From the NCBI GenBank assembly GCA_965235115.1, contig OZ249452.1, positions 13,640,001-13,704,000 on the forward strand: a stretch of 64,000 nucleotides of DNA, in the 5' to 3' direction. How positions within the stretch are numbered: the first letter of the stretch is position 1; the number at the start of each line of letters is the position of its first letter. Under the pieces are notes generated by a model. That model worked only from the letters and a program-made list of their open reading frames with translations, searched no databases and was not told the origin of the DNA. Positions 49,201 to 60,758 of the stretch are shown in pieces. This DNA is from Laetmonice hystrix. Taxonomy: Eukaryota. A program made the position numbers and the translations under genes.

Positions 49201-52200
49201 ACGCATCCCAAGCCTAAACCGAGACAATCATAATGTGGCTTAACCGAAGAGTTTCCTGTTTGTTGGGGAGGTGGCTTAGTCTTAACAAAGGTGTAGCGAG
49301 GTCTGGCTGTTTGAAAAGCTTCTTTAGCATGACCAGATGAAGGCACTTAATTTCATCTAGTTATAAGGTTGGAGGGAGGGGATTCCTTGCCTATAATTTG
49401 ACCTTGAACCGTGACCTAGATACCTACTCTGCCATCTCTAATTCATCTGAGTGATTCTTGTTTTTTCCAAACCTTGTCACACGAACAGATGACGATTCAT
49501 TGCTATAAACAAAACACACTCAAAATTCGATTTTTTTCATCAACTTTCCCATTTATATACATTTCCTTGGGAAGATCACGTGTCATTTTTCGCTGTTTTT
49601 TTTTGGCTACATTCCGAACCATATTAACCAACCTTCTGTACTATTTTTCAAATCAAAATTAAAACACTGCTGAATTGATATCATGCAAGGAAGAATATTC
49701 ATTACATTAGGCAAATAATAATGTCTTAAAATACTGAGAGGCCTCGTAACTTCGCCTGTAAAATGACATTTACCACCAGGATGTTGAATCTACAATCACC
49801 TAATTTAACCAAAATTGCTGTTCGAAAACTATGAATATTATATCACCCAAGCCGACTGAATGTCATAAAATATACATGTGTTAAATAATATCGTCCACGT
49901 ATAAATACAGCACCAGTAGCATCAAATACAGTGTACGTGTGTCGACACCTAGTGGGAGTTTTGTGAACTAGGGGAGAGCAAGCAAAAGCAGCACCACCGA
50001 CAAATGTGTTAAAAATACACTCGTTAATCGTCCGAAATTACAGTGGTTTCTTTCTGGTCTGAACAAATATTTAATATTTAAAAGGACAAAATGATCTTAG
50101 AGAGTATAATTTTATAGTTATGAAGTTGGTAGCGCTGCTTTTTGGAACAAAAAGAAATATTTACTTTTTTGATCGCCTGGGAGAAGACAAAAATATTAAA
50201 GCCGGAGTTAACATACAAGGTTCAAGGTCACAAGAAAACTGAAGGTCACTTTGAACCCCTACTGACTGGGCATCACGATGGGTGAACAATCACAGTTATA
50301 CTTCAATATATTAATTTTCTGGAACATGATTCTGCGATATTTATTTAAAGACATTTTTTTTTTAATTATCTCTTTTCCTACTTATCTAATATCATGTCCA
50401 GTGTTGTTAAAAACTATTGGCGAATCCCCAGATGGGACAATAAGCTGTCGTGACCCATGCAACGCACTGAGAAGCGAGGCGTACTGACCTGAACCCAGTT
50501 GGTTAAACTCACCTTGCAGTTTTAGTAATGTACTCAAACCCTCCAAGGGCAAGCGTGTCGCCAAAGTATCGCGAGAAGTTCTGGAAGACAGATATATGCT
50601 CCTCCGAGTGTGCCAACATTGTCAAACTCTCAAGTTCTCGTGACCCTTGGATGACCTCTGCCAGTTCTATTGTCGTTCGTGCCACCTGGAAACAATTCTC
50701 AATTAACAAATCTGAACCTCGCTCATAAAAACGAGAAAACTGACAATTATGTGATCATTCTATGACCAGTCTGACAGACAGCATGGACACTGACCGTATT
50801 GAGGAGAGACGTGAAGGAATCGACCATTTGTTTGAAGTTGATGTCATACATGTTCCCCTCTTGTTTCTTGTAATGCTCTGTGTGAGACAGAAACGAAAAC
50901 TGATTACACCACAATACAGAATTTACTGCACGAGTATTCATTCTGGGCCTCTTGTACACAGACATGGAACCCCCCTCTGCCACACCCAGTATCAAGGATT
51001 TTCTATATTGGACATATTTATATTTAAATATTATGATATTGAAGACATACCTGAGTTGATGAATGGGTTGAGGATGTTTGTAGCGATGATGTCTAGCCTA
51101 CAATGATATAACCTTTCAGTGGCTGCAAACTCGTGAAGTGTTGCAACATTGCCATTTGTGTTTCGGTCTGTGAGGCAGGCACACAGATCACCACCGGCGA
51201 CGACTTGTTTGATCCAGCCACACTGAAACAAAATGATATACAGATTGGTAACTCTACTGAAACAAAAAAACATGAAGATTTGTAACTCTGCTGAAACAAA
51301 ACGGCATTTCCCTAATCCTAATCCCTACTTCATAACCCCATCTTACTCCAAGCATGACTTGCTAATCCCACCTTGCTCCAAGTATGACAAGCGATGCTCA
51401 CCTTTTTCAGGGATGCCAGCCTCATCATGTGCAATGTTTTCTGTGTCTCGCGACCTTCGACTTCTTCACCACTGAAATCAAACCATTCACTCATCACGTC
51501 TCTTTTTATCAGTAATAACGCTTCAGAAAGTCTGTCCAATCAACAAACATGTCATATCATGGTCGTGAAGATATCAGTCTTTTGCTAAAGTCAATAGATC
51601 CCAAATAATGACAGGATCTGGGAACCAGACCCTAGATTATGATATCACCTGGGAACCAGACCCCAGATTATGATATCACCTGGGAACCAGACCCTAGATT
51701 ATGATATCACCTGGGAACCAGACCCTAGATTATGATATCACCTGGGAACCAGACCCTAGATTATGATATCACCTGGGAACCAGACCCTAGATTATGATAT
51801 CACCTGGGAACCAGACCCTAGATTATGATATCATCTGGGAACCAAACCCTAGATTATGATATCACCTGGGAACCAGACCCTAGATTATGATATCACCTGG
51901 GAACCAGACCCCAGATTATGATATCACCTCGGAACCAGACCCCAGATTATGATATCACCTGGGAACCAGACCCTAGATTATGATATCACCTGGAAACCAG
52001 ATCCCAGATTATGATATCACCTGGGAACCAGACCCTAGATTATGATATCACCTGGGAACCAGACCTTAGATTATGATATCACCTGGGAACCAGACCCCAG
52101 ATTATGATATCACCTGGGAACCAGACCCTAGATTATGATATCACCTGGGAACCAGACCCCAGATTATGATATCACCTGGGAACCAGACCCTAGATTATGA

Positions 52201-55200
52201 TATCACCTGGGAACCAGACCCTAGATTATTATATCACCTGGGAACCAGACCCCAGATTATTATATCACCTGGGAACCAGACCCCAGATTATTATATCACC
52301 TGGGAACCAGACCCCAGATTATGAGAGGAGTTAGGACAAGACCCCAGATTATGAGAGTAGTTGTTACCTTGGTTGTTTACCACAGGTCACAGGAGGAGCT
52401 TACGGTTTTGATGCCTGATTATGAGTGTAGCTGTTACCTTGGCTGTTTACCACAGATCACGAGAGGAGCTTACAGTTTTGATTCCCGATTATGAGAGTAG
52501 TTGTTACCTTGGCTGTTTACCGGTGTAGAGGACGTCTGGTGTGAATGACGTACTATCCATGACGACCACTGTGTGGGCGTGGCCTGTCGCTACATCCCAC
52601 AATGGCTGGCTGCCCAGAGCCACCTAGCGGGGAGAGTACAGGATAAGGTATGGTCACAGCGGCGGGGCGAGGGGGGGGGGGGTGACCCTTGAACGGTTGT
52701 CACAACCATACAATGACTGTATACACAATTATTGGGGACATATATCTAGTGAATTCCATAAAGTTTTTCATTGTAGCCCCTCTTAGGCACAGCTTAGTAA
52801 CATTTTATTTTATGAGATTTCTACAGTAAATATTATATAAATTATCATGAAAGTATTTTCCTCATAAATCTGAAGCTTGGGTTCAGTTGGGGTGCATATC
52901 ATAATGGGGGGGGGGGGGGGTCACCTACCTTAATGGGGTTGGGTACTGATGTGTTAGCATCTATGTGACCTAGTTGACCCTCGCTCTGTGCCCCCCACGT
53001 CAACACCTGTAAAACAATAAATGATAGGCTGGTAATGAACAGGAAACGGGAGCATACCAATTGTCAACATTATGATCAGGCGATCAGGTCCTATATAACT
53101 TCTCCTTGCTGTTGGTAAGACGCGATAAATGGGGTGAAGGCTGTGTGGTTGAGGGCCATTTGTCTCATTGGCCCGCCCAAGTGTCCCACAATTGATTTAT
53201 CAAAAAACCTGGTATATCAGGCTGTGTTTGTATTAACCGTTGCCATTTTTTCAAGATATTGTAATTTTTTTCTTGCTTTATCCTTTTTATAAACAACGAC
53301 TGCGCATGTATACCCCTGTGGTTCACATGGGTTGGAAGTTATCATCTCAGAAACCTGTCAGTGACACAATACGTTAACAATGGCATCCACAGAAACCTGC
53401 CAAAGACATACAATGTTTGCAGGTCCACCTTCCAGACAACTGTCCACGATACGCAATTCTGCGGTGGCACCTTCCACTTGGCGGTTAATATAAGCCGCCC
53501 AAGATATTTCATTTACAATGTAAAAAAACAATCAAAACCACGCCACAACTGTGGTCAGGCAGGACATCACCTCGGAGTCCGATCCAGGGTCGGAGTCTGA
53601 GTCACTGTGGTACTCCAGACACTCCAGGCATGGAGATTCCCTCCAGGCGGAATCCTCCAGGTCAGGGATTTCTTCATGCTCCATGGCAGCTCCAGACCTA
53701 TGTATACCACACCTGTCTGCGAGTTGTGAGCACTGAGTGTTCCTGGTCTGACCCACATACAGGCCAGGATCCACTCGTTCCAGTCTCTGATCACACAACG
53801 CTATAGGCCAACAGACGGTTGGACACAAAAAACCTGAAGAGCCCTGGGCAGATGTGGACTGAGTCAACTTTGTATAATAGTAAACTATCAGTGGTATTCA
53901 CAGTAGGGAACAGTGTACCAGTAGGAAACTCGCCTTACAGACGCAGAACATACAACGTGTTATATCATATGATTAATTATGTCATAACGACTTTTTACGT
54001 GCTAAAAGTAGGCTTTGCATGCCTGCAAGTGTGGCAACAGACTGTATCATATTCCCTCTAATAGTCCAATCAGAATCTCTCGACAGATGTTGACATCTGC
54101 ACTACAATTGAACATTGTGGCTGCTAGGATCTGCACAATAGTTGGCCATCATGACTGCTGATAATATCTACACAGCAGTTGGCCTTCATGACTGCTGACA
54201 TCCATATAACATTTGGCCTTCATGACAGCTGACATCTACACATCAGCTGGCCTTCATGACTGCTGACATCTACACAAAGGTTGGCCATCATGACTGCTGA
54301 TAATCTACACAGCAGTTGGCCTTCATGACTGCTGACATCTACACAACATTTGGCTCTCATGACTGCTGACATCTACATAACATTTGACCCACATGACTGC
54401 TGATATCTACACAGTAGTTGGCCCTCTTGACTGCTAACATGTACACAACATTTGGCCATCATGACTACTGACATCTACACAAAGGTTGGCCATCATGACT
54501 GCTGACATCCACACATCAGTTGGCTTTCACGACTACTGACATCTACACAAAGGTTGGCCTTCATGACTGCTGACCTCCACACAAAGGTTGGCCAGCATGA
54601 CTGCTGACATCCACACATCAGTTGGCTTTCACGACTACTGACATCTACACAAAGGTTGGCCTTCATGACTGCTGACATCCACACAAAGGTTGGCCATCAT
54701 GACTGCTGACATCTACACATCAGTTGGCTTTCACGACTACTGACATCTACACAAAAGTTGGCCTTCATGACTGCTGACATCCACACAAAGGTTGGCCATC
54801 ACGACTACTGACATCTACACAAAGGTTGACCTACATGACTGCTGACATCTAGTAGATGATTCACACATCAACATCAATTGGCTTTCATGACTACTGACAT
54901 CATGATCTACACAAAGGTTGGCCTTCATGACTGCCGATATCTACACATCAGCTGGCCCTCATGACCGACAGCATCTACACAATATCCTTAAGCCACATAC
55001 CTGAGAGTTGGCCGTCACGACAGCACAGTGATGAGCACCCGCCGCTATCTTTGTTACTCTCTTGTCAACCAAAGACTTGATACAACAAGGCGTCCTCCTA
55101 GAAGTACATCAGGAAAATGTTGACAGACTGCCATGTCAGAGTTAGCTCTGTGTGACTGGTAATCCAATGTGAGTGTTACCTAATACTTGTTCTGTGAGTG

Positions 55201-58003
55201 CTGGTGTGTGTAATGTGATTGTTATGGCTCTCTTCCATGTTGTGTGAGTGTAATCTGTTGAGTAAGAGTCACCATGTGAGTCGTTGTGTGAGTGTCAATA
55301 TCATGTGAGTGTTACCTGTCCAGAAGATCTCCATGGCCAAGCTGGCCATGACGACCACGTCCCCAGCTCCAGACTTCGGTATCCAAGGCAACTGTCTGAC
55401 TCGACGTTCCACCCACTTCACATGACAAAAAATATACATTTAGCAAAAATTTAAAATTTGTAACTAAATCTGGGAGTTTGGGGGAGTCCCTGGGCCAGCT
55501 GCACTGTTCGATTCTCCTCCCCATCACTGTTGGTTGAGCAAAGAATCAGAGTTTGCACAAAGAGATGAGAGGATTGTAGTTCCAACGTTTGACACCAGGT
55601 GACTTACCTTTGAAGAGGTTGAGTTCACCTGCCGGCAGTGAAGCTTTCCTCTCGGCATTCATCTTGGCCTTCAGGAATGAACCCAAGGATGCTGACCTTG
55701 TCATCGACCCCAATCCTAGAAAGTCATCCTCCCTGCCCTTCATGTGACCTTCACCCTTTGACCTCAACCCCGTGGCGTCCTCCTTTGGTGTTTTGCTGCC
55801 CCCTCCGGCCGCGGCGAGGTTAATGGAATCTTGGCTACTCGACTTGGACATACTCTCCAGGTCGAGGCTGTTTTGGCTGGACACGAAGGAGAAGCGATCA
55901 ATGGAAGTCTTGATGTTTGACACAACATTCTTGGTGAGGTTCGTGACGTACTCCTGCACGGCGGCTGGTGAGGAGGGAACATACTGGAGGATGTTCTCGA
56001 TGTTCTTTACGAATGGGCTGGACGGCTCCTCTTGCTCAGAGCTCCTCCCACCGCCCGCCTCCCGGAGGTCCTCGTCTCCATACAGGAGTTTCTCCAGACA
56101 CTCCTTAGCCTCGTTCTCATCCAGGAAGGAACTCCGTGATTTGGTGATTGTACATTCAGCAGGCTGGCTGCTGGAGGATGTCCGCTCCTTGTCACCGCGG
56201 AGTAAAGAGGCCAGGGTGTCGGAGCCTCCTGTGTGAGACGATGAGTTGGTCAGTATTTCAAGATCTGGCGACTTTCTGCACCGCTTGGTAATCTCCCCAC
56301 AAGTCTGTGGTGGTTCTGTTGTAGCTAACTCCCCTCCGAGACTTGTTTCTTGTACCGCTCCATCACAACTCACATCCCCTCTGACTGGGGATGACTCCTC
56401 AAGCTTTACGTATTCTAACTGCTCCCCATGATCGGAGTCCGTGAGATCTGACTCCGATTTATCACTCACAACCTGTTTGTTGTCCTCACACTGAGGTCCC
56501 AAACTATCTGACTCCTTCTTCACGTCAAGTTCTTCGGTCTCAGGGTTTGAGAACCCAGAGTCCGAGTTCTTGTCTCGGTTCGCGTCTGCCACCGTGACAT
56601 TAACGGCTTTCTTGTCCGGGGTACTTTGGCAGGAGCTGTCATCATTTCCACTTTCTTCATGGTCATCTACAGGGTCGACTGGTTTTACTTCAAGTACGTC
56701 AGCAAGAATTCGTCCCTTCCCAGACTCCTCCGCCTTGATGTCGAGGCCAAGGGGACACTTGTGTTTCGTGCTGATGATGCAAGCATCTGTAGTCTCTGTA
56801 TAGGTGTAAATTTCCTGCTGACATCTAACACAAGTCGAAGGTCGAACCTTGTGGACCTGAATTGTGTTGTTGACGACTGGTGAACCTGATCTACTCCGAC
56901 TTATCGTGAGTCCAGTTAGACTACGTGCCGACAACCCTGAGTCACTACTCCGACCAGACTCACTACTGGGACTTTTACGATCACTTGACGGCGCTTTGAG
57001 TTTCTCAACCAGAGCCAGACTATGCTGGACTCCACAGGCCACACTGAGGACCTTTCGACCCTCAAGGTACTCGACCTTGTGAGGGGACAGTACTTTCTCT
57101 GCCCGGTTCAGTCCAAGCTGGACCCCCATGCCCCATGCCCAAATCTCTCCGACATCTGACAGTACCAGGGTGTGGACGTCTCCGCATGATATCTGCTGGA
57201 TGGTCACTCTCCGCTCCTCACCGGACGACACGCCATGACTACAAGGGGTCAGTGTCTCAGTGATCTTGACCAGTCGAGGTTCTGGGTATCGTCCAGTCTG
57301 GCCAAGCCCACACTGACCACTGGTTGAGTCGCCCCAGCAGTATACGTCACCACCACACGTCACGGCCCCCGTGTGACGTGCCCCGCATGAGACAGTCAAC
57401 ACCTCCTGATCTGAAACACACCAATACACCTTGGTCTACACGGCTGACAGACAGGAAAATATGGACTTTTGGGGACCTTTTCTAGTCAGAGTTAAGGACT
57501 CTTTAATGAATAGTTTGGCCAAACTTGTGCCAGGATCACAGTATGCTACATGATGTCACCATACATATAGTTTTACCACAACCACTGGAAAGGGCGTTTC
57601 TATGTATCGTATATCAAAAATCCACAAAAGGAAAAAAGAAAACTACAGCAATATATATGTGCTACGAAAAGAAAATAATTGGGCATGTTTGAAATTGAAT
57701 CCAATTCCAGAATTATTAAAATAGAAACTGGCTTTAAATCAGTTTTCGGACCTACCTTTGAGAGCATCGATGAGTTTCGGTTCTCGCAGACAGTCTGTGA
57801 AGGTACCATCCCCTAACTGGCCATGTTGATTGTTACCGTATGTGAACACTTCCAGGTCAGAGGTCAGGAACGCGCAGTGATGCGAGCCGATGGCGACATG
57901 TGTGATTGGGATATTACGGAAGACGTCAAACGATCGTGGTGAGATGTTCTGGTAACCGTGCCACACGTAAACTTGACCATCGGTGCTGGTTGGCCCATCG
58001 TCC
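40285..58003 (-). CDS. ALS2: Alsin (Rab5 GEF: RCC1-like repeats, DH, PH, MORN repeats, VPS9)
   Basis: 32 GT-AG exons join in frame (~1830 aa): 58003-57756, 57410-55608, 55415-55316, 55097-55001, 53006-52929, 52623-52508, 51471-51402, 51222-51051, 50877-50795, 50685-50513, 48012-47847, 47501-47370, 47214-47086, 46462-46392, 46230-46164, 46023-45827, 45558-45493, 45373-45278, 45080-44905, 44600-44491, 44359-44282, 43979-43825, 43352-43179, 43045-42937, 42770-42610, 42282-42181, 41958-41779, 41540-41498, 41386-41325, 41204-41141, 40802-40623, 40320-40285. Diagnostic alsin motifs: [98 protein letters not shown]...[23 protein letters not shown]. The ATG exon was not resolved. Confidence 0.96.
40798..40930. 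repeat. Short repeat x3 containing the ALS2 VPS9-exon acceptor
   Basis: ctcctgaaggtcaa(a/g)caaa at ~40800, ~40867 and ~40899; on - this reads tttg.ttgaccttcag|gag. Confidence 0.85.
42268..42522. repeat. 50-54 bp x5 repeat containing an ALS2 acceptor
   Basis: ggaaataacaacctgcgacaggtaaaaaacgcaaatatcagct... repeated; acceptor-equivalent positions at 42283 (real), 42337, 42387, 42440 and 42493. Confidence 0.9.
43505..43805. repeat. 19-21 bp minisatellite (gtcctagcctgaatggtt..), ~15 copies
   Basis: Direct tandem units in an ALS2 intron. Confidence 0.95.
46500..46920. repeat. Old degenerate tandem repeat (aatgggccacagtaaattcaa...)
   Basis: Recurrent aatggg/gacccacagtaa motifs at ~45-60 bp spacing. 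Confidence 0.6.
47499..47657. repeat. 33-36 bp x5 repeat containing an ALS2 acceptor
   Basis: tactgtcatagaacaacaacatttactggtacattt repeated; the first unit overlaps the real acceptor at 47502-47503. Confidence 0.92.
48770..49160. repeat. ~37-bp minisatellite (ccttggtgtaacctttgttgaaatgtgtggaaagatt), ~10 copies
   Basis: Direct tandem units in an ALS2 intron. Confidence 0.96.
51618..52325. repeat. 31-bp minisatellite (ctgggaaccagaccctagattatgatatcac), ~22 copies
   Basis: Direct tandem units in an ALS2 intron. Confidence 0.97.
52348..52520. repeat. 70-bp x3 repeat containing an ALS2 splice donor
   Basis: g.tgttaccttgg.tgtttacc at ~52360, ~52430 and ~52500; donor GT (on -) at 52367, 52437 and 52507 (real). 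Confidence 0.88.
54100..54975. repeat. 34-bp minisatellite (catgactgctgacatctacacaaaggttggcctt), ~25 copies
   Basis: Tandem units that degenerate toward both ends. Confidence 0.95.
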
Positions 58004-59289
58004 CTGAAGGAATAAACCAATCAGCTCTTACCAATCATTACCGTGGCAACCCAAATCAACAACCCAATCATGTCTGCTGCCAATCACAAGTTTGGCAATA
58101 AATTTTGTTCCCCGGTTTCAAAACATCATTTTCCCTCCTTGTCATTTCCTCTGAGTGGGATACGGTCCTTGGAGACTTTGTCTTTCTTTACCCTGAATTA
58201 GTTGCCTGGAATTACTGCTTGGATTCTGCCCGGCGTCCCCCCCACCCCTTCCCTCTCCCCATACATTCCATCTGTACCCCGGTCTAGGCACCCACTACCC
58301 ACTGAAGAATCACGTTTCTGCCTTTATCTGTGGAGGTGTAACCACCTCTGTGTGCACGAAACGTCCTATTGTTGTCGGACACTGGGGCAAGGAGGCGGAC
58401 AGTGAGGACAATAGGGCAAGGAGGTGAGACTGGGCAATGCGAGCCCTGTACAGGCCACAAAGGGGGGAAATAAAGGAATCAACGTCAGTCTAGGGTAGGA
58501 ATTATATAAATATTGGTGAGCCAGACTTGATCTATCCTTGATTTGGCTGAAACTGCATAACGTCCTGAAATTGGATTTTAGTCCTTCCGTTTTCTCACTG
58601 TCACTGTCACTGCCGCGTGTCACTGTTACGTGTCACTCTGTCACTGTCGCGTGTCACGAAGTCTTGCTTCGTGTCTAATGTCATGGTCTTCACATGCATG
58701 ACTCACACTTTAACTAACGTGTTCAATTTCTGTCTGGGGTAAACTTGGAGTTTCTTTCTTCATTATATTTCAGACAAAAGATCATCTGGCCGTAAAAGTG
58801 AAGTACATTTAACATTATTACATGGGAACATATTTCTCAAATTTCTATGTCACATATGTGACAAGGTGTGAAAGTTAAGAAACTTCATGTATAAATTCTA
58901 CCCTGTCCGCCAAAGGTAGCATTGAATACCTGACCTAATTACCTGAAGGCTCTTGCCCACGTGACCTGATTAACTAAAGCGACCACTTACAACCTGTTGC
59001 TGTGTTAAGCCCTACGGCTCCATGGGGAGAACTTTGATGGTATTTGATGGTATTATGTCTATTTATACCCAGTACCCCCTCCCCGTCCCCCCTTCCTCCC
59101 CGGCCATTGAATCCTTGGAACGGAGACCACACAACAGACCGGATGGCCCTACGGTCCACACTTCATCACGCCACGGGCCTGGACCAAGCACCAACTCCAC
59201 AGGCTGGGACTCCCAGCTCGGGGCCCAAGGTGTAAGGACCGATAAACTGGCTCAGACATCGGGTTCTTAACACACAGAGTCAGGTAAAG

Positions 59290-59650
59290 ACCAGGCTGAT
59301 ACACAGGGTCTGGATACACAGGCCCAGAGACCAGGCTGATACACAGGGTCTGGATACACAGGCCCAGAGACCAGGCTGATACACAGGGGCTGGATACACA
59401 GGCCCAGAGACCAGGGGCCTTATTCACAAAGGACACGCAAGACTTGCGGACTCGCAAACTATTATTAAACAACCGGACAACAATAGTTTGCGAGTCCGCA
59501 AGTCTTGCGTGTGCTTTGTGAATAAGGCCCCAGGCTGATACACAGGGTCTGACTACACATACCCCTGATACCGGGCTGATACACATGGTTTGAATACACA
59601 GATCAAGGGCCCAGGTTGATTGATACACAGGGTCTGGATACACACAGGAT
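59290..59650. repeat. 40-bp minisatellite (ccaggctgatacacagggtctggatacacaggcccagaga) interrupted by a MITE
   Basis: Three good units, an insertion at 59415-59530, then degenerate units. Confidence 0.9.
59415..59530. mobile_element. 116-bp fold-back MITE, probably PIF/Harbinger type
   Basis: 49-bp arms gggccttattcacaaaggacacgcaagacttgcggactcgcaaactatt / aatagtttgcgagtccgcaagtcttgcgtgtgctttgtgaataaggccc (1 mismatch) around an 18-nt spacer. cag duplicated on both sides (59412-59414, 59531-59533); neighbouring repeat units show the empty site gagaccaggctg. Confidence 0.85.
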
Positions 59651-60403
59651 ATACATGCCAGACACGAGGCGGATACGCAAAATCTGAATACGACAAAGAC
59701 ACCTGGATACATCATCCCAAGATACAGAGGTGAGTTTATGAGAGGTTCTGGTCAGCTTCATAATGGCGACAGACAGGTGGGACAACACCCAGGTGGGTCC
59801 AACAGGTGGGACCAAATTGGGTCCAGGAGCGGGATCCGGAATTTGTTGTTGTTTGGGGGGGGGGGGGCTTAGAAGTGGTTAGATTTAACCATTGGGCAAA
59901 GCGCCCAGCCCAAATATCATTTTTGTATTAATTATAGTCAAATAGTTTGGTCTGAGAACTTCGGAATCCACTGACAGGTAGATCTTGTAGTCAGTGACAG
60001 CATCTCGGACTCGTGTAGACCAACTACCAACCAGTCGGTAGAATAACACAGGCATGTCACCACAGGTGTGGTATCCCTTGTAACTGCCAGCGCGCCGCGG
60101 TCCATTGTGTACCCCCAGCAGGTCAACCCCACCCCACCCCCACCCCCACCCTCACCCCCTTCCCGGCACCGGTCGTGACGGTGTCCCAGCACCCGCCGCG
60201 GTCCAATAACCAATGTGGTTGGAGCAGTCAGAGCCGTCCAGTCACGTGACCCAAAATGACCCCCTCCCCCTACCCAATCAGACGTGGAGCTTTTATTAAG
60301 GGTACCACCACCACCGCCACCATCCCCACCACCACCACCACCACCCATGTGATGGACGAGTTCAGAGCAGTATCATAGCCCTGCGCTACATTCACCTGCT
60401 CAC

Positions 60404-60560
60404 CTCAGAACACATAACTTTATAAAAGACTGCGCAGTCACACTTCTGACGACAGTCACAAACATTCACTGGGACCAGAGTCACGATTACAATTTACAGT
60501 CAAAGCGGAGGTCACATGGGTGCGTTCACAACGCAGCACTTAGGTAAGTCATGACTTAAA
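60404..60560. promoter_or_regulatory. Probable bidirectional promoter / first exons (ALS2 leftward, unknown gene rightward)
   Basis: Minus-strand donor ctgag|gtgagc at 60403 and plus-strand donor cttag|gtaagt at 60543 face away from each other across a CpG-containing stretch. Confidence 0.45.
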
Positions 60561-60758
60561 CCGTCTTCATGAGGACTTAAAATATCAAGTCATCATGATA
60601 GTTCATACAGCCTCCGTAAACCCGCATTGGATGCGGGCGGGACACACGTGGGTGGATTCCTGTTGAAGCGTGGCATATATTTGATCGCGATCTCACTAAG
60701 ATTACTCTTACATGGAGTAAAGGTGAGAACGCACGTGGGCACGCTCTGGTTCCTGTCA

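Noticed and set aside
51618-52325. 31-bp array (and the 32-bp array at 60845-62420) as possible CRISPR
   Set aside because: Units are directly adjacent with no unique spacers, in a eukaryotic intronic context with no cas genes.
55638-57082. Several plus-strand ORFs of 60-154 aa
   Set aside because: Antisense shadows of the large ALS2 exon.
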